The translations under genes and the position numbers were made by a program. Shown here one piece after another: positions 20,687 through 30,442 of a DNA stretch of 44,729 bases (positions are counted from its first letter, which is position 1; the number at the start of each line of letters is the position of its first letter). Source of the DNA: a virus. The notes under the pieces are model-generated. The model made no database searches, was not told where the DNA came from, and saw only the letters and a list, made by a program, of their open reading frames with translations. The stretch lies in UHGV virus genome UHGV-0045723, one strand, 5' to 3'.

Positions 20687-21189
20687 CTGTGTCGTCGCTC
20701 CGGCTTCAGTGATTTACGCAATTCCCGCGCCAGAAAATAGCGTGTCCAGCTGCGGTTCTTTTCAAGAGTTTCCACCATGAAGTTATTACGTGGAGCCAGT
20801 CGCCAGCCGCTGCCACCGGATGCACCACGATGATGACTACGACGACGTTTTGCTCCTCCCCGGACACCAAAAAACAGAAATGCCGGATAGAAGTCACCAG
20901 AGATCATCCGGTTCCCCTTCCCGTTGCGCTGGTTAGGGGCAATGCGTGTCATAAAACCGGCTCGCTTTTTACTGGCTCTCGGCACCATATAACCAATCGA
21001 ACGAGCCAGGCGTCCGGTCTGATAACCGGGGTTTTCACCTGGTACCGACCGCGCACGGCGCATCACCAGCCGACGGGCATCACGCATATGACGCTGCCCA
21101 ATCGTGACAAACGCCCGCCGGACACGGGCGCGGTTAAAGCGCATCTCGGCGGGCTGCTGAACATCAACGTGAAAAAAGGGAGTCGCCAT
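20683..21189 (-). CDS. Virion morphogenesis / tail-component protein (HK97 gp10-like or Mu G-like)
   Basis: 168-aa basic ORF in head-tail joining cluster. Confidence 0.5.
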   Translation of the reverse strand: MATPFFHVDVQQPAEMRFNRARVRRAFVTIGQRHMRDARRLVMRRARSVPGENPGYQTGRLARSIGYMVPRASKKRAGFMTRIAPNQRNGKGNRMISGDFYPAFLFFGVRGGAKRRRSHHRGASGGSGWRLAPRNNFMVETLEKNRSWTRYFLARELRKSLKPERRHR

Positions 21190-21574
21190 TGCTGCCTCCG
21201 TGACTCTGCCTACATTCGCCCAGCTCCGTACACTCCAGCAGCAGAAAGCGCCGCGCCCCGTTCAGATCACGCTGACGTTTCACCCGGTACACACTGTCAT
21301 CACAGACCACCTCATAATCAGCAGTGATCCCCCGGCGGTAACGAATGGTGATGTAATGGGTGATGGCGTCCCCGGTCTGCGCGGTTTCCTGCCAGGTGGT
21401 GGCACTGGTCTGGATAACCTTCGCCCATGTCCGGAACGTAACCGGGTATTGAGGCTCCACGCCAAAGTTATCCGCGGGCATATCCACCCGCTGGCGGATC
21501 AGGACGCGTTTATTCAGTTCACCGGGGTCCGGCAGAATGTAGGTTGCGCTGGTCTGCGCCTGACGAATTTTCAT
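21164..21574 (-). CDS. Head-tail adaptor / head closure protein
   Basis: 136-aa ORF in head-tail joining cluster. Confidence 0.5.
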   Translation of the reverse strand: MKIRQAQTSATYILPDPGELNKRVLIRQRVDMPADNFGVEPQYPVTFRTWAKVIQTSATTWQETAQTGDAITHYITIRYRRGITADYEVVCDDSVYRVKRQRDLNGARRFLLLECTELGECRQSHGGSNGDSLFSR

Positions 21575-21894
21575 TGCGGAAAGTACCTGTACGGGCCGAC
21601 AAGCCAGCCAAAACTCTGCGGCATGTCGAGTTTCTCCACTTCAGTAACCGACGAGCGGTTTTCGTAAAAATGGCTGATAAGCATCAGCATCCCCAGACGA
21701 ATATCATCCGGCAGGTGCAGCCCGTCCGGATCGCTGTCCGGAATGGTTTCATCCGGTGCATAGAGCTTCCGGTTCAGATACGTTTCCGTCCGCTTTTGTG
21801 CCGCACAGGCCAGCAGTTGCAGATGGCGGTCATCAGTATCGAAATCCTCATCCAGCCGGAGTTGGGCTTTAATCTCTTCCATTGTCAGAAGCAT
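21571..21894 (-). CDS. Head-tail connector protein (gp6-like)
   Basis: 107-aa ORF with N-terminal EEIKAQLRLDEDFDTDD pattern typical of the family. Confidence 0.7.
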   Translation of the reverse strand: MLLTMEEIKAQLRLDEDFDTDDRHLQLLACAAQKRTETYLNRKLYAPDETIPDSDPDGLHLPDDIRLGMLMLISHFYENRSSVTEVEKLDMPQSFGWLVGPYRYFPQ

Positions 21895-21896
21895 AC

Positions 21897-22097
21897 TCAG
21901 CCCTCTTTACTGGTCGTGGCTTTTTTCTCTTTTGCCGCTTTACTGCTTTTTGCACTGATTCCGCGCTCTGCTAACCCGGCCTGAAGTGCAATCTCCTGCA
22001 CCCGGGCAGGAAGCGCCCCGTCGTCATACTCACCGGCCCGAATGACCTCAACACGCATACCGTCCGGTGACCATTTCAGATCTTGTTTCAGGATCAT
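21897..22097 (-). CDS. Small hypothetical head-associated protein
   Basis: 66-aa ORF just downstream of major capsid gene; Lys-rich tail. Confidence 0.4.
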   Translation of the reverse strand: MILKQDLKWSPDGMRVEVIRAGEYDDGALPARVQEIALQAGLAERGISAKSSKAAKEKKATTSKEG

Positions 22098-22146
22098 GAT
22101 TCTTCACCCGTCAGAACAGGGGGCGCGGTTCCGCGCCCCTGAGTGA

Positions 22147-23352
22147 TTACGCCGCTGCAATCTTCAGCAGTTTGATGGCCTGCGAATCGACCAGCATCCC
22201 GCCGGTGCGCTTGGTGGTATAAAAACCGACAAACGGTTTATTGGTGTACGGGTCACGCAGAATGCGGGTGCCGATACGGTCAACGATGGTGTAACCCCGT
22301 TTGAAGTTACCAAATGCAATGGCTTTCGCATCAGCGGCGATATCCGGCATCTGTTCGTTTTCAGCGATACCGTAACCCGCCAGAGAGGACGGCTGCCCCA
22401 GTTCCAGCCCCGGACGCCACAGATAGTTACCCTCGGTGTCTTTCAGCAGACGGATGGCAAACAGGCTGTTGTTGTTCATCATGAACTTCGCGCCAGTGCG
22501 GTGTGCCTTACGCAGCGTGTAAATCAGTTTGATAATGGCGTCTGCGGTCACCGCGGTCGCTTCGCCGGATACAATATGCTGAAGTTTGCCGAACGCCCGG
22601 ACCTTGTCGGTTTCATCAGTGGATTCATACGCCAGGAACCCTTTCGGCTTCTTGGTGCCATCGCCTGAGGTAAAGGCAATTTCTTCCTGTTCGGCAAATT
22701 CGGTTGCCAGCTCGCTGTTAATCCAGGCCTCCACGTTGAAGAAGGCATCGTCCAGCATTTTCTGAGTAGCCTGCGGGTTGCCGTAGATTTCCCCCATGAG
22801 AGGTTCAATCAGCTCCAGTCTGGAGGTGGCAGTCTGGGATCGCGTATCCGTTTCCCCCACCCATCCGGAAGCCGTACCGCCCAGATTCACCAGTTTTTTG
22901 TAGTCGGAACCGCCAACGGTGATCACCGTGGCTTCCTGACGCATCACCACTTCATCTTTCAGCAGGTTAAGAATGTTGCGATCCAGTTCTTCCGGCACGG
23001 CGTAGCCACCGTCTTCATCGGTACCCACCTGCAATGCCTTACGCTCCAGATCGCGCAGACCGTCTTCACGGCCTTTACGTAGAAAGCCCACAAACGCCTC
23101 TTTATGCTCGGTGGCCAGTTTATTTTGCGCTCCACCTGCCGGACGTTTCAGCTCAAGCAGCTCTTTTTCAAGGTCGCTTTTGAGATTTTCCAGCTCGCTG
23201 AGTTTCCCGTTCAGGGTTTCCACCTGCCCGGCAAGCTTGCCTTTTTCCTGCTCAATCGCATCCACGCGCTTGTCGTTCTTTGCTTTGAAGTCGTCAAACT
23301 TCTGCTGCAGCTCCTGCGCGACCTGTTCGACATCTTTAATATCAACCGCCAT
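22147..23352 (-). CDS. Major capsid protein (HK97 family)
   Basis: 401-aa ORF with coiled-coil N-terminal delta-domain-like region; follows prohead protease. Confidence 0.85.
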   Translation of the reverse strand: MAVDIKDVEQVAQELQQKFDDFKAKNDKRVDAIEQEKGKLAGQVETLNGKLSELENLKSDLEKELLELKRPAGGAQNKLATEHKEAFVGFLRKGREDGLRDLERKALQVGTDEDGGYAVPEELDRNILNLLKDEVVMRQEATVITVGGSDYKKLVNLGGTASGWVGETDTRSQTATSRLELIEPLMGEIYGNPQATQKMLDDAFFNVEAWINSELATEFAEQEEIAFTSGDGTKKPKGFLAYESTDETDKVRAFGKLQHIVSGEATAVTADAIIKLIYTLRKAHRTGAKFMMNNNSLFAIRLLKDTEGNYLWRPGLELGQPSSLAGYGIAENEQMPDIAADAKAIAFGNFKRGYTIVDRIGTRILRDPYTNKPFVGFYTTKRTGGMLVDSQAIKLLKIAAA

Positions 23353-23366
23353 CGTATTTCTCCTGA

Positions 23367-24053
23367 TTAGAAGTTCAGATTTTTCAGTGCATTCAGTGCA
23401 GAGCCCACATCCTCAGCGTCGCGCAGGGACAGTGCGCCATAGCCCCCGGCCATGAATGCTTTGGCCTGGGTACGGGAGAGTCCGACATCACGCAGGACTC
23501 TTTCGATTTTTTTCTGTTCGGGGATTTCCCCGCGGGCCAGCGCGTTCTTGACGTCGCTGATCCGCGCCTCGTCGTTAGACGGAAACGTCACCAGACTGAC
23601 TTCCCAGAGGTCGATTTCTTTCAACAGAAAGGCTTCTTTGCTCCGGTCGTATTCCCAGTCTTTCAGGACGTACCCAATAGAAAGGCCGGTTAACGAACCG
23701 GCCTTCATGTGTGCATGTGCGCGTTTTGCGAGGGGATCATCATCAATGAGCAACCGCCCCCTGACGTAAAGCCCGACATCGTCTTCCTTCATTTCGGTGT
23801 AAACACCGATGGGTTCATCCATGCGGTGCTGCCAGAGCAGCGCAGGTAACGCTTTTCTGTCACTCCACGCCCGCAGGGAAGCAGCAAATGCCCCGGACAT
23901 CACCACATCATCGTGGCTGTCCTTTACACCAAAGACGGAGCCATACCCTTCAAACTCACCGGAGTCACTGACAGATTTCAGACTCAGCGGTACATCAAGA
24001 CGTTGTTTCGTCTGCATTGGCGTTATCCTTCTGCTTACCGGCTTTACTGCCAT
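23367..24053 (-). CDS. Prohead protease (HK97 family)
   Basis: 228-aa ORF between portal and capsid. Confidence 0.8.
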   Translation of the reverse strand: MAVKPVSRRITPMQTKQRLDVPLSLKSVSDSGEFEGYGSVFGVKDSHDDVVMSGAFAASLRAWSDRKALPALLWQHRMDEPIGVYTEMKEDDVGLYVRGRLLIDDDPLAKRAHAHMKAGSLTGLSIGYVLKDWEYDRSKEAFLLKEIDLWEVSLVTFPSNDEARISDVKNALARGEIPEQKKIERVLRDVGLSRTQAKAFMAGGYGALSLRDAEDVGSALNALKNLNF

Positions 24054-25236
24054 CGGAGGGTTTCGTGGTCATGTTCATCGGTGTGAGATAGACATCCCCA
24101 CCGGGACGCGGATTCATATCTTCCAGGTCGCGGCAGTCATTGGGAGAGTAAATTCCCCAGTTAATCCCGGTGGCGTAGGCTTCAAAACGGGACTTCATAT
24201 CCCCGCGCAGTAACGCCCCGGCGTTAAATTTGGCGTAATAAACGCCCTGCTTACTTTTTCGTACCAGTCCGGTGTTGATCCGCTGCTCAATGCGGGTCAG
24301 ATACGGCACCAGTGAATAGTTGATAAATCCGAGCCCCAGCTCTTCGATATTGTTGAAGGTGGCGCGATCGGTGTTCTGCACCATGTGCAATGGCACACGG
24401 AACAGACGACAAATTTCTTCAAGCTGAAACTTGCGGGTTTCCAGGAACTGGCTGTCCTCTGCGTTCAACGCCATCGACTTCCAGTCCAGCCCCATCTCAA
24501 GGATCATCGGGCGGTGAGCATTGCCAAGCCCGGTGTGACGCTCCTCAAAATCTTTCTTCAGGCGCTCATAAGCCTGATCCGACAGCGTCTGCTCTGTACG
24601 CAAAACACCCGACGTCACCGCGCCATTGCTGAACAGTCTGGCCCCGTGCTCTTCGGTCGCTGCCGCCAGCGATATTGCCTCGCGGGCATAGGCGATGGGA
24701 TTCAGCCCCACCAGTCCGTCCAGCGTCAGCGTACGCACATGCCAGATATCCTCTTGGCTCAGTACATCCGTGGAGCCATCCGGGAATGTGACCTGATAGA
24801 CCGGTTCCCAGCTACTGTTAAGCTTCGGTACCACACAGCCGGGATCGACGGGCAGCAGTTCAGCCACTTCGCCAAATGCTTTCACTTTGTAGGCGTAAAA
24901 GTTTCCCCTCAGGCACAGACAGGTGACCACCAGCTCCCAGAACTCCTGCGGCGTCATATAGCCATTGGGATGCGTGGAGATCAGTTTATGCAGACGTTCG
25001 CCGGTGGCTCTCTGCTTCAGGCTGCCGTTCAGGTGATACAGATTGCAGGGCAACATCCCGACCGACTCTGCCAGCACTCTGACGCAGGAAAAAACCGCCG
25101 TCAGTCGCATAGCCCGCTGACTGCTGATCTGCTTTCCGGTATAGGTGTCATACGACAGCCCGATGGCATCCGCCAGCTCTGCTGGCGTGGTCACCGGTGC
25201 GTCACTTTTTCGTTGAAATAATCCCGAAAAGAACAC
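23995..25236 (-). CDS. Portal protein (HK97 family)
   Basis: 413-aa ORF downstream of large terminase. Confidence 0.85.
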   Translation of the reverse strand: MFFSGLFQRKSDAPVTTPAELADAIGLSYDTYTGKQISSQRAMRLTAVFSCVRVLAESVGMLPCNLYHLNGSLKQRATGERLHKLISTHPNGYMTPQEFWELVVTCLCLRGNFYAYKVKAFGEVAELLPVDPGCVVPKLNSSWEPVYQVTFPDGSTDVLSQEDIWHVRTLTLDGLVGLNPIAYAREAISLAAATEEHGARLFSNGAVTSGVLRTEQTLSDQAYERLKKDFEERHTGLGNAHRPMILEMGLDWKSMALNAEDSQFLETRKFQLEEICRLFRVPLHMVQNTDRATFNNIEELGLGFINYSLVPYLTRIEQRINTGLVRKSKQGVYYAKFNAGALLRGDMKSRFEAYATGINWGIYSPNDCRDLEDMNPRPGGDVYLTPMNMTTKPSDGSKAGKQKDNANADETTS

Positions 25237-25418
25237 TATTTACCTCCGCCGACAGACGACTGTGTACGGTCGAGATATCGCGCCACCAGCCACGACCAGA
25301 ACAGGCACAGCGCCCCGGCAACAACAAAACCCGCCGGGGGATAAATCAGCCAGGCACCATACGCCAGCAAAAGCGCACCCAGCACGCCCACCAGAGGCGC
25401 GAGAATCAGCATGATCAT
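25236..25418 (-). CDS. Small membrane protein (hypothetical)
   Basis: 60-aa ORF with two hydrophobic helices, between terminase and portal. Confidence 0.4.
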
Positions 25419-25429
25419 AATTACCTCAG

Positions 25430-27163
25430 TTAAAGCGAGCGGATCCCGTAGGACTCAATGTGATCAGACAGCGTGTCTTCTTTCTCGTACAGCATGGTTC
25501 TGCCAACCGCCATAATCAGCGCAACTGCACCATCGATTTTGTTTTCCGCCTGCTCCTTGACGGGCTTCACCACATCATCGTTACCCGGAATGGTTTTGCC
25601 GACCACGTTGCCGATACACCAGGTCATGATGGGATTGCCGTCATGATGAAAGCGCCCCGATTCAATCGCCGCTTCCAGCTCTTTCATCGGATCGGACATG
25701 TTGGTGTAGTTCTGAATGATGGTGACGGGGTTCAGGTCTTCATCAGCAAGGTCATGTGACAGCCCGGTCGCCCCGAAGGGGTCGATGGGTGACTCACTGA
25801 CCGGGCTGATTTTGTTCGCCGCTTTGGCCTCTTCGAGGATGTAGCGATAATCCACCTCCGCACCATCGGTAACGGTCAGAACGCCCATTTCCACCCATTT
25901 CTGAAAGCGTTCGGCTGTCCGGCGATCTTCATTTTTCTCGACGCTGTACACCGTGTCATACGGTACCCAGAAACGCGGGGCCACACTGTAGTAATGCGTT
26001 TTACCGTCAATCTCGCGGGTATAAAGTCGCGCCATGCTGTTCATATCCAGCTTACGCGCCAGGTCAAAGGCCAGAATGCACGGCTGCCCCTCGAACTGCT
26101 CAAGGGTCAGTGATTTATCCTCGCAGCTCTGCCAGCTCACCAGGTTGAAATACGCCGAACGCGCCGACACCCAGATATTGAGGTGTTTTGTTTTAAAGAC
26201 GTTTGCCAGACGGGCGTTATTTTTCGCACGCTGCTGCTGACTTAACAAAAATTCGCGATAAACCGACACGCCAATATTTGGATTGGCTTTTTCCAGCACC
26301 TGCGGGTCGGTCCAGTCGTCACCTTCATCAACGGTATAGATGATCCCGAACAGTTCATCGTTTGGCACCGAGCCGTTGAGCATCTCGATGACTTCCCGCC
26401 GTTTGTCGTAGCACGGCCCCTCAATGTTGTACCCGGCGGTGGTAATGGCCCACATCAGTGGCTGGCGTCGCGCCCCCATCCCGGTAAGCATCGTGGTGTA
26501 AAGCGCATCTGTGGCGTGCTCGTGATATTCATCCACCACGGCACAGTGGGGTGATGAACCATCACCGGGGTTACCGATCAGCGGTTCAAACCGCGCACCA
26601 TCCTCCGGACGGTTCATGTTTGAGGCGTTAACCTCAATCCCGAACGCTTCCGTCAGCATGGGTGTGCGTTTACACATCAGTCGTGCCGGACGAAAGACTT
26701 CCCACGCCTGTTTCTCCGTCGTGGCACCGGAATACACTTCCGCGCCGAACTCGTTATCACAGGCAAAACAATACAGGGCAACACCGGCAGAGATTGCCGA
26801 TTTGCCGTTCTTACGGGGAATTTCGGTATACACCTCCCGGAAGCGGCGCAACCGGGTGCCTTTATTGACCCAGCCAAACGCACAGCAGATCACAAATAGC
26901 TGCCACGGCTCCAGCGTGATGGGCATCCGTTTAAATGCCCACTCACCCTTGGTGTGCGGCAACAGCTGAATAAATTTGGCGGCCCGTTCAGCCAGGTCCT
27001 TGTCGAAGCGGTAACGAAACGACTTACTTTTTTCCGCCATCAGGTCATCAAGATGGCGCTGGCAGGCCTGAATCACAAACTGGCAGGCAATAATCTTTCC
27101 GCGCACGACATCCCGGGCATACTGATTTGCAGCATTTACGTTGGGGTAAGATTTCCGGCTCAT
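25430..27163 (-). CDS. Terminase large subunit
   Basis: 577-aa ORF; size and position typical. Confidence 0.9.
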
Positions 27164-27187
27164 GATTCGATAATTTTCAGAAACGGG

Positions 27188-27724
27188 TTAGTGGCTTTCT
27201 TCTTCCCCGCCAGGCCAATCAGACGCTGGCGGCTGCTGGGGGCGNNNNNNNNNNNNNNNNNNNNNNNNNNNNNNNNNNNNNNNNNNNNGGCGGCTGCTGG
27301 GGTCGAGTCCGAGCATTGCCCCCGTACTGCTCATCTCGGACTCCTGTTCTTTTTTGGCGGTCAGCTCCGGATTTTTGACCATACCGCCCATTGCACCGGT
27401 GATGGTGTTGCCCTGTCTGGCAATATTTTTCACGGCACGTCGCCAGAACTCGTAGGCCACGCACCACCGTTCAAGCACCGCGAGGTCAGTCACGCACAGC
27501 AGGCCCTGACCGCAGAGTTCTTTGGTTGTCAGTTGCCACATGATCGTGGCGAGAGGGAGATCTTCTTCAGCGAACCACTCCGGTGGCTCAACACCTTTGA
27601 TGGGCGTAAAAACAGGTTCATCTTTATTCAGGGCTCGCTTGCCGGGGTTTCCGGCCAGCGCCTTGCGCGCCGTTGGCTTGGGGCGACGCCCGGAACGCCC
27701 CGCCGTTCCAGCCATATGCGGCAC
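27188..27724 (-). CDS. Terminase small subunit (P27-like), interrupted by gap
   Basis: 178-aa ORF with basic N-terminus MPHMAGTAGRSGRRPKPTARK; immediately upstream of large terminase. Confidence 0.7.
   Translation of the reverse strand: MPHMAGTAGRSGRRPKPTARKALAGNPGKRALNKDEPVFTPIKGVEPPEWFAEEDLPLATIMWQLTTKELCGQGLLCVTDLAVLERWCVAYEFWRRAVKNIARQGNTITGAMGGMVKNPELTAKKEQESEMSSTGAMLGLDPSSRXXXXXXXXXXXXXXXRPQQPPASDWPGGEEESH
27245..27288. other. Assembly gap (44 N) flanked by duplicated ggcggctgctgggg
   Basis: N-run inside the small terminase ORF with the same 14-mer on both sides. Confidence 0.9.
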
Positions 27725-27840
27725 TCCTGGTTAAATTTCATTTTTCGCGGGTATAAAAAAACGATGGGGCGGGCAGTCCGGAAGACGTCAGGCCGCAGGG
27801 ATTTGACCCGCCCCTCCCCTCAGGCAGTTGAGAATCATTA

Positions 27841-28191
27841 TCACTTCAACCGTTCACGGGCCGTCTTCGCCTTATGACACGGCCAGCACAGACTCTGCAG
27901 ATTACAGTCGGCATCAGTGCCGCCATGCGCTTTAGGGATGATGTGGTCAACAGTTTTCGCCTCACGCACCACACCAGCACGCAGACATAGCTGACACAGG
28001 CCTTTGTCACGCTTCAGGACACGCACGCGGATAACATCCCACTTCGAACCATAACCGCGCTGATGACGAGATTGTCCTGGCTTGTATTGCTTCCAGCCTT
28101 CGCTTTTATGGCTTTCGCAATAGCCTGACGGGTCAGTAGTGGTATTGCGGCAACCGCGAACGCGGCAGGCTTTTGGTGTTCGTGGCGGCAT
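27841..28191 (-). CDS. HNH endonuclease (terminase-associated)
   Basis: Cys-rich 116-aa ORF with VDHIIPKAHGG...CWPCHKAK motif. Confidence 0.85.
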   Translation of the reverse strand: MPPRTPKACRVRGCRNTTTDPSGYCESHKSEGWKQYKPGQSRHQRGYGSKWDVIRVRVLKRDKGLCQLCLRAGVVREAKTVDHIIPKAHGGTDADCNLQSLCWPCHKAKTARERLK

Positions 28192-28243
28192 ATCTACTCC
28201 AATGAAAAAGCCACCGGTTGATAACCGATGGCTTTGATTGTTC

Positions 28244-28438
28244 TTACCTGTTTTGAAGAATCTCCCGCTTTCTCACAATACATTCCGTCGTTTCTCTATA
28301 GCTGCACACGTGCTCCCGTGAACATTGGTATGTGTGCAATTCGCCGATGGCATCACCGATACCAGTCAGCACATCTTTTTCATGCAGAATGGTCACCTGC
28401 AGACGGTTGGTTGGGCAGATAATGTTTGAATAGTTCAT
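28244..28438 (-). CDS. Small Cys-containing hypothetical protein
   Basis: 64-aa ORF from ATG at 28438 with AAGGAGA RBS; the ORF track extends it to a TTG at 28615. Confidence 0.4.
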   Translation of the reverse strand: MNYSNIICPTNRLQVTILHEKDVLTGIGDAIGELHTYQCSREHVCSYRETTECIVRKREILQNR

Positions 28439-28612
28439 TTTGGTGTCTCCTTTGCTTTCGAGACACCAAAATCCCATCACGACACGTTTACCGCCACAAA
28501 CATTATTGCAGGCACCCATTGAATACCTGCGGGACTGATAAACACAGCCTCCTCCATACGTAGTGAAACCATTTTCATATCTCCAGTAATGAATTCTTTG
28601 AAGAGTCGCAAT

Positions 28613-28635
28613 CAATACGACTCACTAATGGGGAG
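28613..28635 (+). promoter_or_regulatory. T7 RNA polymerase promoter-like sequence
   Basis: caatacgactcactaatggggag: 14 contiguous matches to TAATACGACTCACTATAGGGAGA. Confidence 0.5.
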
Positions 28636-28669
28636 GCATGTCCAACGCGTTGGACGAGTTGCCTACTTG

Positions 28670-28690
28670 ATTTAGGTGACACTTTAGAAG
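28670..28690 (+). promoter_or_regulatory. SP6 RNA polymerase promoter-like sequence
   Basis: atttaggtgacactttagaag: one mismatch to ATTTAGGTGACACTATAGAAG. Confidence 0.5.
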
Positions 28691-28808
28691 GACAGAATGC
28701 CTTCCTCACTCAAATAACATCAATTAAGGAGGTTCAACATGCTTCGTTCCAAAAGTCAGTTGACTGTAATTATTACTACGTCACCTTATGCCGAAGACCT
28801 TTTCCGCT

Positions 28809-29084
28809 TCACTTTGAGCCTGATTCACTTCTACCTGACCGGCTCGCCTCTATCCTTCTGATCCCCGCTTTATCCAGATTGCACTGCCCTAGCGCCGACA
28901 ACAGACTGACATTCAAATCTAGGCTACCCGCATAAGTCAGCGGTTCAGAAATGGCTGGTTGCGGGGTTTCAGCGGTCAGACTCGCCGGTAACGGTATAGC
29001 CGGAACTGGCACGTAAACTGTCCGCGAACTTTCGCAACCGGTCAGCAGCGGCAGCAGGCACAGGGCGTACAGCACAATCATCAT
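28809..29084 (-). CDS. Rz1-like o-spanin lipoprotein (overlapping Rz)
   Basis: Alternate frame within and beyond Rz; lipobox LLTGC after a hydrophobic signal; Pro-rich. Confidence 0.55.
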   Translation of the reverse strand: MMIVLYALCLLPLLTGCESSRTVYVPVPAIPLPASLTAETPQPAISEPLTYAGSLDLNVSLLSALGQCNLDKAGIRRIEASRSGRSESGSK

Positions 29085-29361
29085 CCGCAACAGCCACTTT
29101 GATATCAGCCTGGGTTCTCTGTGACTCCAGTGCGATCTGCTGTTTTGCATGCTGGTTAGCCTCCAGAACTGTATTGACGATTTGCAGTGATTGCAGGACG
29201 TTATTGGTAATAGCGGTTGCCGATTCGGCATTTTGTACAGCCTCATCAGCACGTTTCTTTTCGCGCTGGTATTTGCTGTGGTAGTGGTTAGCTGACCAGA
29301 CGAGAGAACCGAATAAAGTCAGGAGGAAAGCAGAAATAACCAGCTTATAGCGAAGTTTCAT
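28969..29361 (-). CDS. Rz-like i-spanin
   Basis: N-terminal TM helix LVISAFLLTLFGSLVW then coiled-coil; directly after endolysin. Confidence 0.75.
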   Translation of the reverse strand: MKLRYKLVISAFLLTLFGSLVWSANHYHSKYQREKKRADEAVQNAESATAITNNVLQSLQIVNTVLEANQHAKQQIALESQRTQADIKVAVADDDCAVRPVPAAAADRLRKFADSLRASSGYTVTGESDR

Positions 29362-29821
29362 TAACCACCCCGCCAGCTTCTTTGAATTTGGCAATCAGAC
29401 TATCGATCTTGTGTTCATACTGACCGTAGCCAGCACCGGGCAATGAAGCCCAAATATTGCTGCAACGATCAATAGCCTGACGAATATCACCCCGATCAAT
29501 CAGCGGCAGCGCGCCGCGTTCTTTAATCTGCTGTAACGCCACCGCATCCTGGCTTTTCGGGGAGAAATCTTTCAGTCCAAGCTGTTTACGGTAGGCGTCC
29601 CACCATTTCGACAGCAGTTGATAACGCCCGGCGGCGGTGGATTTCAGTTTCGGGTTAAGCGTAACCAGCTTACGTGGATGATCGGAGTAATCAGTAAGCA
29701 GTTCGCCACCAACGATAACGTCATAACCATGATTTCTGGTCTTCTGCCATCCGTTATCAGTTCCTTCTGACCACGCCAACATATCGAGAAAAGCTTTACG
29801 CTGGGAATTTAGTACCTGCAT
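29345..29821 (-). CDS. R: Endolysin, lambda R-like
   Basis: 158-aa ORF nearly collinear with lambda R as I recall it (NSQRKAFLDMLAWSEGTDNG...HGYDVIVGGEL...). Confidence 0.9.
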   Translation of the reverse strand: MQVLNSQRKAFLDMLAWSEGTDNGWQKTRNHGYDVIVGGELLTDYSDHPRKLVTLNPKLKSTAAGRYQLLSKWWDAYRKQLGLKDFSPKSQDAVALQQIKERGALPLIDRGDIRQAIDRCSNIWASLPGAGYGQYEHKIDSLIAKFKEAGGVVNETSL

Positions 29822-29824
29822 AAA

Positions 29825-30151
29825 TTACTCCTTCGAGCTACCAAATTTGTTGCCGATTACTCTCATTGCAGCACCACGAATAGCATCGACGCCGATCAGC
29901 CCAACGCCGCCACCAATGGCAACAGAAAGTGATTTAGGCCATCCGACATACTCAAGCGCGGATGCAAAGGTCAGCGTCAGAGCGCCACAGAGCAAAATCT
30001 CGAGCGTTTTTCTCTTCCAGCCACCACCACCGCCAAAATAGGCAATGCGCAAGCCAGCCATAACGATCGACATAATCACTGCGCCCAGCGGTGTGTCTCC
30101 ACGCCACCAGCTCTGGACCAACTCCAGCCAAGTATTTGGGTTATGAGGCAT
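29825..30151 (-). CDS. Holin
   Basis: 108-aa ORF with hydrophobic helices, immediately upstream of endolysin. Confidence 0.7.
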   Translation of the reverse strand: MPHNPNTWLELVQSWWRGDTPLGAVIMSIVMAGLRIAYFGGGGGWKRKTLEILLCGALTLTFASALEYVGWPKSLSVAIGGGVGLIGVDAIRGAAMRVIGNKFGSSKE

Positions 30152-30303
30152 TTGTAGTTATCTCTCACCTCGCTGATACAGCAGGTGCAAATTGAGGAAA
30201 CATCATGTACCGCAAATCAGAAGCGGAAACGTCAAAGAAGCCGAGCCAATGGATAACTGCGGGATAGACTAGGCCCAACGAATCCCCAGGCCCAGAAACG
30301 ACA

Positions 30304-30325
30304 AAACCCGCTCGACGGCGGGTTT
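30304..30325 (-). terminator. Stable hairpin upstream of holin; candidate tR'-type terminator
   Basis: AAACCCGC-tcgacg-GCGGGTTT, 8-bp stem; only a weak U-tract on the minus strand. Confidence 0.3.
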
Positions 30326-30442
30326 AAGCTGTGTGGCGAAGTAACCACTCTTAACACAATACAATACTTTTTGCGTACGCGTTAGTGTTTTGATAGAATT
30401 TTCAGCCACATAAAAATTCATTCTTATAATTCGGGATATATA

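Noticed and set aside
24385-25221. 278-aa plus-strand ORF antisense to the portal gene
   Set aside because: Lies wholly inside a well-supported structural gene on the other strand; Arg/His/Gln-rich composition typical of shadow ORFs.
26954-27877. 307-aa plus-strand ORF spanning the N-gap
   Set aside because: Antisense to the terminase genes and runs through 44 N; artefact.
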